Positions 1-6,724 of a stretch of DNA of 36,456 nucleotides are shown here, piece after piece. Every line of letters starts with the position of its first letter. Position 1 is the stretch's first letter. Source of the DNA: a virus. Taxonomy: Duplodnaviria; Caudoviricetes. Location of the stretch: positions 1-36,456 of the IMG/VR virus record IMGVR_UViG_3300038314_000750, one strand, 5' to 3'. The notes beneath the pieces were generated by a model. That model was not told where the DNA came from, made no database searches, and worked only from the letters and a program-made list of their open reading frames with translations. A program made the position numbers and the translations under genes.

Positions 1-637
1 TTTCATTAATTGTTCCATCTTTTTTAAGATTGACAATAATGTGGCCGTCTATCTTGACCTTTGGATCCATTTCTTCTTCACAGATTTGATACCCAGCGCA
101 CTGGAAGAACATCTCTGGATAGATACCGGATGAGGTTTTAATATCTCCTAGCCAGGTCTTGCCATCTATCTCGCAGAGGAAATCATAAGTTCCGGCAAAC
201 CAATGCTTCTCTGAATAGACTCTGCGTTCTGATTCTAGGAACTTGACTTTGTTCTCTTTAGCCCAGTTGATAAAGTTCTGAACCATCTTTTGACCCTGCT
301 TATCTAATTCCTGATATGATTTTAAATTTTTTAATATATCTGTTTTATGGATTATTTCTGATATAACCAAATGAACACTTGTCCCAATATCCCCTGCCTT
401 ATCTCTTTTCCGAGCGTATGCTTTTCTAGCTTCAGCTAAAACTTCTTCATAATCAGCTTCACTTAATCTATGTCCTTTTAGATGTTTTTGAATATGATCA
501 ACCGCCATATTTGAAGCCCAGTTGATCAGAGCTGGTTTTGATATGACCGAAAGTATTGTCGTGCAACCAGTTAGTGGTTTTCCTCCAAGGGTATATAGAT
601 GTCTTTTCTCGTCAAATTGTAATTCATTTTTTCCCAT
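1..637 (-). CDS. PD-(D/E)XK (RecB/Cas4-like) phage exonuclease, 3' end truncated by window edge
   Basis: Not in ORF track. Manual translation from ATG 637: MGKNELQFDEKRHLYTLGGKPLTGCTTILSVISKPALINWA...GTSVH...SERRVYSEKHWFAGTYDFLCEIDGKTWLGDIKT...QCAGY, with the E...GT-D...D-I-K nuclease motif. Confidence 0.85.
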   Translation of the reverse strand, partial: MGKNELQFDEKRHLYTLGGKPLTGCTTILSVISKPALINWASNMAVDHIQKHLKGHRLSEADYEEVLAEARKAYARKRDKAGDIGTSVHLVISEIIHKTDILKNLKSYQELDKQGQKMVQNFINWAKENKVKFLESERRVYSEKHWFAGTYDFLCEIDGKTWLGDIKTSSGIYPEMFFQCAGYQICEEEMDPKVKIDGHIIVNLKKDGTINE

Positions 638-649
638 TTATTTATCCAC

Positions 650-678
650 TTGACCTGCTCGTAATAGTTATTTATAAT
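650..678 (+). promoter_or_regulatory. sigma70-type promoter driving a short antisense transcript
   Basis: TTGACC(650-655)-N17-TATAAT(673-678), followed by a G-U rich hairpin and T-run at about 703-735. Confidence 0.55.
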
Positions 679-731
679 GAAATAGATTCTATCATAAAAG
701 TCCTATTACTTCGCAAGGGTGGTGGGTCTTT

Positions 732-974
732 TTATTTTATCTTATCACCTATCGCTAAGATCTTGCTTAACATATAGGCTCGGCCTGACCAAGCTACGAT
801 TATTTTATTGGGCCTGAATCGTGGCTCGGGTTTTTTTGCTTGTTCTGTAAGCCAAGTCATATCGTTGTCTACTAATCTTAATACTACTTCTCCTACTTTA
901 TGATTAGCTTTTTCTTCAGCAGTAAAATAAGATAGATAACGCTTCATCAAATCTTTAACAAATATTGGTTTCAT
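732..974 (-). CDS. hypothetical protein (80 aa)
   Basis: ORF track; GGAGG RBS upstream; ATGA overlap with upstream gene. Confidence 0.75.
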   Translation of the reverse strand: MKPIFVKDLMKRYLSYFTAEEKANHKVGEVVLRLVDNDMTWLTEQAKKPEPRFRPNKIIVAWSGRAYMLSKILAIGDKIK

Positions 975-1147
975 TTTGTCTCCACCTCCTCTCTTTTTAA
1001 AATTTTAAACATCATAACGACAGAAACACCAAAAATATCAGCTAGGTCGGTCATTGTTATTTCGTCTTTATGTTTATCCCATTTTTCTCTTGCCCACCTC
1101 TTTCTTAATTGAGAAAGATATTTATTTTTAAGTTTTGTCTTAACCAT
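971..1147 (-). CDS. small helix-turn-helix DNA-binding protein (58 aa)
   Basis: Manual translation MVKTKLKNKYLSQLRKRWAREKWDKHKDEITMTDLADIFGVSVVMMFKILKREEVETK; TMTDLADIFGVS is an HTH signature; ATG lies 6 nt after a -10 box. Confidence 0.75.
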   Translation of the reverse strand: MVKTKLKNKYLSQLRKRWAREKWDKHKDEITMTDLADIFGVSVVMMFKILKREEVETK

Positions 1148-1153
1148 AATTTA

Positions 1154-1182
1154 ACTTTAACAAATTAAGGATACCGTGTCAA
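1154..1182 (-). promoter_or_regulatory. sigma70 promoter, probably leaderless transcript for the HTH gene
   Basis: TTGACA(1182-1177)-N17-TAAAGT(1159-1154); two TTATCCCCA boxes at 1190-1208 just upstream. Confidence 0.7.
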
Positions 1183-1221
1183 GTCTTTTTTATCCCCAGT
1201 TATCCCCACCTTGTTTTAACC

Positions 1222-1250
1222 AAAAAAAAGAGCAGCCGAAGCCACTCTTC
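1222..1250 (-). terminator. intrinsic terminator after holin-like gene
   Basis: minus strand GAAGAGTGGC-TTCG-GCTGCTCTTT followed by T-run; UUCG tetraloop. Confidence 0.8.
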
Positions 1251-1285
1251 CCGATTCCATACTTGGCGTGCCAAGTAATAGATGG

Positions 1286-1483
1286 CTAATCAATTCTACC
1301 AGCCACAATCTTATCTGTGCTAATTAGGGCTACAATAGTTTGAAATAAACCAATAGCTGTGGTGATAAGAAATGGTAGCTGGTCGGTAAAGGATTTTTCA
1401 CCAGTAAAGATAAAACTTATACCAGTGATAAGTGCGATAGCACCAGTCCAAAATCTTTTTGAATGAAGAAAATTCTTTCGCAT
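1286..1483 (-). CDS. holin-like small membrane protein (2 TM)
   Basis: 65 aa, SKRFW start motif typical of small phage holins, two hydrophobic segments, directly downstream of putative lysin. Confidence 0.65.
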   Translation of the reverse strand: MRKNFLHSKRFWTGAIALITGISFIFTGEKSFTDQLPFLITTAIGLFQTIVALISTDKIVAGRID

Positions 1484-1501
1484 AATTAGTTCCTTTCTTA
1501 A

Positions 1502-2503
1502 TTATTTAATATCCTTATTAATAAAATTCTTTACAACATCAGTAAATTGAGGTAGTCCAATAATCCTTCCCTCATAAGGAAAAGAGAATACATCTACTTC
1601 AACAACCTTATCCCAGCTAATTAATCCATCTGTGGCCTTAATTAAACATTCCATATCTTTACCTGTTTTAATCCAAAATGGTTCGTTGTCGGCTATTAAA
1701 AGAATTGGGTTTCTTCCCTTAATTCTTTCTAATTTAAACTTGATGTTTTTCTTGGCTACATTTTTAGACCAATCTTCTGGTTCTGATACCCAGCCAGAAT
1801 AAAGTTTGACTTGTTGACCAGTTATATTTTCTCTATACCAACGACCGTTCCTATGAACCATCCACTTATCAAAAGGATCATAGGAATCTTGGTATTGAAT
1901 ACCTTGATATCCATTATGTATTCCATATCCTGTGGCGAAAATAAAATGTCCAATATTTCCTGAGGCGATATATCCAAAACCAACTCCGTGATTTGTGAAA
2001 ATTGCCTGAGCAAACTTATCAGGATTATTTAGATTGATACTATAATAACCTTTGATTTTCCACCTTAACGCTTGATGTCTGGCGCCCTCAATTCCAGCCT
2101 GACTTCTTATCTGTTGTTCTGTTAATTGTTTGCCAACTGGAGTAGGAAAAAATCTATCTTCTGGGATTCCTTGAGCCTTTAATATCTTATAGGCGTTCCT
2201 CGGTGATGCTCCTCCACTGGGTAAAAATATTTGAGAATAAATAAAACGCTGAGAAAAATGAACCTTTATGTCAAATGTTTGGGCTGTCATTTCCATATCA
2301 CTGCTTGATCCAAAACTAACACAACCCAAAGACTTTCCCTGATGATCATCTCTTAATGATCCATACTTAAACTCAGAACTATATCCTTTTTTCCAATCGG
2401 GCATATCTTTTGGTGTCGCACCAAACACTTCATCGTATTGATAGTCATTTATATCGGTTTCGTCCGGATGGAATCCTAATTTAACTGGTAAATTGTTATT
2501 CAT
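1502..2503 (-). CDS. papain-like (C1-type) cysteine peptidase, putative lysin
   Basis: QGKSLGCVSF (oxyanion Q, catalytic C), FSQRFIY, GHFIFATGY (catalytic H), QDSY; adjacent to holin-like gene. Confidence 0.75.
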   Translation of the reverse strand: MNNNLPVKLGFHPDETDINDYQYDEVFGATPKDMPDWKKGYSSEFKYGSLRDDHQGKSLGCVSFGSSSDMEMTAQTFDIKVHFSQRFIYSQIFLPSGGASPRNAYKILKAQGIPEDRFFPTPVGKQLTEQQIRSQAGIEGARHQALRWKIKGYYSINLNNPDKFAQAIFTNHGVGFGYIASGNIGHFIFATGYGIHNGYQGIQYQDSYDPFDKWMVHRNGRWYRENITGQQVKLYSGWVSEPEDWSKNVAKKNIKFKLERIKGRNPILLIADNEPFWIKTGKDMECLIKATDGLISWDKVVEVDVFSFPYEGRIIGLPQFTDVVKNFINKDIK

Positions 2504-2552
2504 ATATTTGTTCCTTTATTAATTTCCCTCACTCTATACCCAATCATCTAGG

Positions 2553-3347
2553 CTATCCGCACATTATAATTAGATACAGGGTAAGAGGGAGGAGTATGTG
2601 ATTATTTATACTCCTCCGTTTGTTAGCTATTTTTTTAATTTTTTCAATTGCCTTCAAAACAAAATTGCTTTTAATGGCAAATCCCATACCCTTGTCTTTG
2701 ATACCCGCGTTAACAACGCCGAGAATTTCAAAGCCAAGGCCATTATTGCGAAGAGCAATCATGGGGCTTCCGCTGTCGCCAGAGTTGGTAGGAACGGTGA
2801 TAAGGAAGCAGTCTTCTGCTATGTCCCCATACTCATCTTTAATATGAGTTCTAGAGATTATGCCGTTCTTTATATTGGTCGCTTTTCCGAAAGACCAACC
2901 CAACACAACAACCTCAGTCCCAATCCTCGCCTTTGTGGAATCACCAAAGGGAAGGGGGAACTTCTTCTTGCTGTTAGAAAGAAACAGAGATATATCCTTG
3001 TGTCGTCCTATCAGCTCGATTTCCTCTCCATCGATAAGCCACTTTTCAGCGATAATCTTTCTCGTTACTGGATAGTAACCAAAAGGACTTGCTACCATTT
3101 CAAACTCCAGAAACTTAGTAGTGTGGGTTAGGGCTAACACATAGCCATCTCCCAGATAAAACGCTGTCCCTCTCATCACTTTTTCCACGACCTCACCATC
3201 AATTTCAAGAATGGCTTTGGTGTCCACTATCGCTAAAGATTTTACTGCTTTCTCAATAACAGCGGGATTGAAAACATTTTTGTAATAAACACAACTGGTT
3301 GTAGCCAAAACAGTCGCTAACAATATAACAAAGAACTTAGCCATCAC
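2553..3347 (-). CDS. trypsin-like (HtrA/S1) serine protease, probable lipoprotein
   Basis: GTAF, ALTH, DISL, NSGDSGSP catalytic motifs; hydrophobic N-terminus ending LATTSC; GGAGG RBS. Confidence 0.85.
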   Translation of the reverse strand: MMAKFFVILLATVLATTSCVYYKNVFNPAVIEKAVKSLAIVDTKAILEIDGEVVEKVMRGTAFYLGDGYVLALTHTTKFLEFEMVASPFGYYPVTRKIIAEKWLIDGEEIELIGRHKDISLFLSNSKKKFPLPFGDSTKARIGTEVVVLGWSFGKATNIKNGIISRTHIKDEYGDIAEDCFLITVPTNSGDSGSPMIALRNNGLGFEILGVVNAGIKDKGMGFAIKSNFVLKAIEKIKKIANKRRSINNHILLPLTLYLIIMCG

Positions 3348-3428
3348 GCACCCTCCTTTCGCATCACCTCACTTTGGAGCGGGACTGGACTGAACCAGAT
3401 TGTGAGCAACACAGCTCCCCCGCTTGGG

Positions 3429-4019
3429 TTACATTGAAGAATGAACTCCCTTCTTGTCTGAGAACAGTTTGATTTTGGGAGAACCCAGCTTAGTGATTGG
3501 CATATTGCCAGCCTGAGCATAGCTATTGTCCCATCGCATATAAGAACCAGTGAGGCAAACATATTGTTTGTCCTCAACAATTCGGTTCTTGGTAGCATCA
3601 AACCCTTGTTTGATAATCGGTTCACAGGCAATTGAGTGAACATGACCCTGTGCCAGTACATCTGAATTAATCCAGGCACACTGGTCAATGACCGTCTTGA
3701 GCTTGGTATGCTTAAACTTAGAACCTCCAGTTCCGTGAGTGGAATAGATTGAATACCTTGTTCCATTAACGGACAACAAACTCCAACAGGAAAAACCTAG
3801 GTATGGTACATTCAATATCCGTGCCATAATCTTGGTAATATCAATCCCTGTTGATTTGGTGATTCGTGATTCGTGGTTTCCACAGTGCATTCCAATAATC
3901 AATCCAGCTTCTGCTACTGGTTTAAGTATTTCTATCATAGTCCACATTTGAGCATCTGGATTAAGTTTCTGCCGATACATGCTGTCTCCGATACTATCCT
4001 TGAGTCCACATTCAATTAA
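3429..4019 (-). CDS. calcineurin-like metallophosphoesterase, exon 2 (spliced product 282 aa)
   Basis: LIECG continues GD from exon 1; GNHE, HG and GHVH motifs. Confidence 0.85.
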   Translation of the reverse strand, partial: LIECGLKDSIGDSMYRQKLNPDAQMWTMIEILKPVAEAGLIIGMHCGNHESRITKSTGIDITKIMARILNVPYLGFSCWSLLSVNGTRYSIYSTHGTGGSKFKHTKLKTVIDQCAWINSDVLAQGHVHSIACEPIIKQGFDATKNRIVEDKQYVCLTGSYMRWDNSYAQAGNMPITKLGSPKIKLFSDKKGVHSSM

Positions 4020-4654
4020 CAAGTAGTTAGCTGTATATTTCTATACAGTTCGGACTATATCTTCACCTTGTTTCTATGGACTTTTATATGACAGCCCCTG
4101 CAAAGAGTAATTAAATTGTCTATATTATTATTAGCATTCATCTTTTTTCTATTCTCAGTTTCGTCGAGATGATGAATAACTAATTTGTCTGTCTTTCCAC
4201 AGACCTGACACGAATTACTATCTCTTTTTAGAACGATTTTTCTGTTTCCGCCGAAGCGAATAGCGTCTTTATTTTTTTGCTTATAAACTTTGACCTTTTC
4301 AGCATTTCTCATCTGCCAAAGTTTAGTAGCTACGCTATATCGTTCTTTGTTTTCTTGGTATCTTTCTCGACTACGCTTTAATAGCCTTTTTTTGTTTTTT
4401 AGATACCAATCTCTTTTATAGTCTTTTTCGTGTCCCTTATAGACACACTCTTTGAGTGGTCTGGATACAAATTGTCCTTTATTATTTCTATCCATATTCT
4501 AATTTTAGCATACGGTTAGAAATAATACAAGGGGTTGGCGTGTAGTCTCTACGGATTCTCCTTTCGGAGTCTTTCCTCGGGATTGCCAGTTAAGGTTTCC
4601 CCGATACGGCCAACTTTCTTGTATGACATTACTGCCATACGGAGACTAATCTTA
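4020..4654 (-). mobile_element. group I self-splicing intron (635 nt) carrying an HNH endonuclease
   Basis: P1 GGAGAU/GUCUCC with U-G at the 5' splice site; P3 GUUGGC/GCCAAC; P7 GACUA/UAGUC within AAGAUAUAGUCC; P9 CUGUAUA-GAAA-UAUACAG; terminal G at 4020; removal restores in-frame GD|LIE. Confidence 0.93.
4055..4495 (-). CDS. intron-encoded HNH homing endonuclease
   Basis: RDSNSCQVCG...LVIHHLD...NNNIDNLITLCRGCHIKVH; lies in the P8 loop, stop codon inside the P7 3' strand; internal promoter TTGTAT(4530)-N17-TAAAAT(4502). Confidence 0.9.
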   Translation of the reverse strand: MDRNNKGQFVSRPLKECVYKGHEKDYKRDWYLKNKKRLLKRSRERYQENKERYSVATKLWQMRNAEKVKVYKQKNKDAIRFGGNRKIVLKRDSNSCQVCGKTDKLVIHHLDETENRKKMNANNNIDNLITLCRGCHIKVHRNKVKI

Positions 4655-4912
4655 ATCTCCCATTAATAATACATAGATTTCTTTTTCAAGAGCATAATCC
4701 AGCATCGCTTTGGCTGTCTCTAAATCGGATGTGGGATATCCATAGTGACAATCACCCCAAAACAACAGCTCGGAATAGTTCTTTCCATTCTTAACCTTTA
4801 AACTTTGACGGTTAAGACGGATAGGTCTGCCTCGTATCTTGTCCTTACCTCTATTCTTTTCAATGAACTCTTTTTTGGCTTCTTTGTTCAATTTATCCTC
4901 CTCCCCATTCAA
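4655..4912 (-). CDS. metallophosphoesterase exon 1
   Basis: LLFWGDCHYG (DxH motif) and VLLMGD ending exactly at the intron 5' splice site. Confidence 0.85.
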
Positions 4913-5246
4913 TTAATTCTTTGAATGAATAAACGATTGGAATACCTAATTCCATGGCTCTTTTAATCTCAGCTTTAGCTCCTTTGGAATGCCGACAACT
5001 CGGCAGGGCAAACACTACATCTGATGCTTCCAACCAAGCCATAGAGTAGTCATAATAGTCTTGTAGAGATACCTTCTCGCCATTCCTCTGCATTAGAGTA
5101 AAATGGTAATCCAGCCAAGGAACGAACGGGGCAAACCCAGCTACTAAAACTCGGGTTCCCATCCTCATTCCTGTTCTCATATTATTTAAGACCGATATGG
5201 CATCATTTGCCGAATACGCACCTGCGATATAAACCCGTTTTCTCAT
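4893..5246 (-). CDS. DUF4406/DUF1937-like nucleoside deoxyribosyltransferase-fold protein
   Basis: VYIAGAYS...PFVP...SDVVFALP...SKGAKAEIKRAMELGIPIV pattern; AAGGAGG RBS. Confidence 0.75.
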   Translation of the reverse strand: MRKRVYIAGAYSANDAISVLNNMRTGMRMGTRVLVAGFAPFVPWLDYHFTLMQRNGEKVSLQDYYDYSMAWLEASDVVFALPSCRHSKGAKAEIKRAMELGIPIVYSFKELIEWGGG

Positions 5247-5255
5247 AATCCCTCC

Positions 5256-5480
5256 TTAAAATATAGTTTTCTTCGTTGCCATCACAAAATTATGGGCGAT
5301 AGCAAAGTATTGATGAGGCGTTAACTGTTGTTTATTGGGTATTTTTCTTTCCAGTTCTGTGTGGCATCTTTGGCACAAACGGACAACAAAGGGTGTCTTA
5401 CCGAAAAACCTTTTCGGTAAAATGTGGTGGGTGGTTAAAGCTGTCATCTGATTACACGTTTTTACAGGACAGTTGCCCAT
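5256..5480 (-). CDS. small HNH-like zinc-binding protein
   Basis: CxxxxC...HHILP...LCQRCH; start at 5480 chosen for GGAGG spacing. Confidence 0.65.
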   Translation of the reverse strand: MGNCPVKTCNQMTALTTHHILPKRFFGKTPFVVRLCQRCHTELERKIPNKQQLTPHQYFAIAHNFVMATKKTIF

Positions 5481-5805
5481 GATTCTGCCTCCCATTGATT
5501 TTAATGGTTAGCATCGTTTTCATATTGAGCTCAATCTGATCCATAACCTTTTGGGCTACTGTGTGGATTTGCGGAACGGTCATTCGGTTCATCATCCGAG
5601 TGGTTTTTTTGATTATCGCTTTTTCACTTAGATAAGGATACTTGTCGTGCATGTATTCGTGAACGAATGCTTCTGCAACGAGCAAGGTAATATTTAGGAC
5701 AATCAAATTTTCCAATGGGACGATATGTGCGAATGTATTTTTGCTAATCCAATCAGCTTCTATACGATACTCACCGCTGTTAATGAACTCTAGGATTTCT
5801 TGCAT
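5452..5805 (-). CDS. HExxH metallopeptidase-like protein
   Basis: FVHEYMH motif; ATG at 5805 preceded by AAGGAGG (ORF track start 5832). Confidence 0.6.
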   Translation of the reverse strand: MQEILEFINSGEYRIEADWISKNTFAHIVPLENLIVLNITLLVAEAFVHEYMHDKYPYLSEKAIIKKTTRMMNRMTVPQIHTVAQKVMDQIELNMKTMLTIKINGRQNHGQLSCKNV

Positions 5806-6104
5806 ATGAGGTCCTCCTTTGTCAGAATCCAACCAGTGCGTTCTCCTTTACAAACTTTACACTCAGGGTCAAGTAGAAACTTAGGTTTAGGTGAGCGAAT
5901 CTCTTTAACAAGCCAAGGCTTATCGTGGAGATGGTCAGCGTTCTCAAGGATAAAATCATCCTTATTAACCAACGTAAATGCTCCGCACTTAACACAACCG
6001 ATAATAAAGTTATCTATCAGCTTCCTAAGATGTTGCTTACAGAACTGAAGGTTGGGTATTTTCTTTGACCAACTCTTGGCTGGTCTATCACAGAATGAAC
6101 ACAT
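5790..6104 (-). CDS. Cys-rich zinc-finger protein
   Basis: CSFC, CKQH, CVKC, CKVC; AAGGAGG RBS. Confidence 0.7.
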   Translation of the reverse strand: MCSFCDRPAKSWSKKIPNLQFCKQHLRKLIDNFIIGCVKCGAFTLVNKDDFILENADHLHDKPWLVKEIRSPKPKFLLDPECKVCKGERTGWILTKEDLICKKS

Positions 6105-6200
6105 AATAAACCTCCTTATCCAATTCTGAATACTTGAAAAATATTACAGAGTATCAGTATGCCATAAAGGATGGCAATGCTCCAAAGAATTATTTTCACA

Positions 6201-6326
6201 TTACCTCCAATCAGGAAATTCGGTTTCCTCTTGACAATCTTCGCATTTACAGCCATTTTTTCGTTTCTTGTAAACCACAATAGCAATTATTAAAATTATT
6301 GCTCCTAATCCAACCAACCCAAACAT
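6201..6326 (-). CDS. small membrane protein with Cys-rich tail (41 aa)
   Basis: Manual translation MFGLVGLGAIILIIAIVVYKKRKNGCKCEDCQEETEFPDWR; strong AAGGAGGTGAT RBS. Confidence 0.65.
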   Translation of the reverse strand: MFGLVGLGAIILIIAIVVYKKRKNGCKCEDCQEETEFPDWR

Positions 6327-6414
6327 CAATATCACCTCCTTGTTATATTTTATTTGGAAAGAACTATCTTTTTTTCTTGTTATTCTATTTCAAAATATTT
6401 AAGAGTGTAAGCAT

Positions 6415-6446
6415 AAAAAAAGACCACACCCAAAACGGGTCAGTCT
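6415..6446 (-). terminator. intrinsic terminator
   Basis: AGACTGACCC-GTTTT-GGGTGTGGTCT followed by T-run. Confidence 0.65.
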
Positions 6447-6484
6447 ATATCTGGATATGTTGTTAGTGTTATACCCATAGTTTT

Positions 6485-6513
6485 ATAATACTCTTTTAAA
6501 ATACGCTTGTCAA
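6485..6513 (-). promoter_or_regulatory. sigma70 promoter
   Basis: TTGACA(6513-6508)-N17-TATTAT(6490-6485). Confidence 0.7.
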
Positions 6514-6514
6514 G

Positions 6515-6712
6515 TTATTTCTTGCTACCGTTCTTCAAAAACTCCAATAAACGAGTTAAAGCCTCGGTATTATGGCTCATGTGGTTTGAAATTATTGTAC
6601 CAAAACTATCATCTCTCTTTTTAAGATAGTTTATAAACATTTTGACTATTAGGTAGAGAACAAAAGCTACCAGTCCTGTTGCTCCGAAATCTACGATTTG
6701 TGATAAATCCAT
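6515..6712 (-). CDS. holin-like single-TM protein
   Basis: 65 aa, N-terminal TM plus amphipathic tail, directly after last virion gene. Confidence 0.6.
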   Translation of the reverse strand: MDLSQIVDFGATGLVAFVLYLIVKMFINYLKKRDDSFGTIISNHMSHNTEALTRLLEFLKNGSKK

Positions 6713-6724
6713 AATTGACCGCTA

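Noticed and set aside
3375-3424. Functional tRNA gene
   Set aside because: Only 50 nt, lacks a full D and anticodon arm pair; kept only as a tRNA-like finding
3344-3766. 140-aa minus-strand ORF in the track
   Set aside because: Alternate-frame shadow of phosphoesterase exon 2 with no motifs
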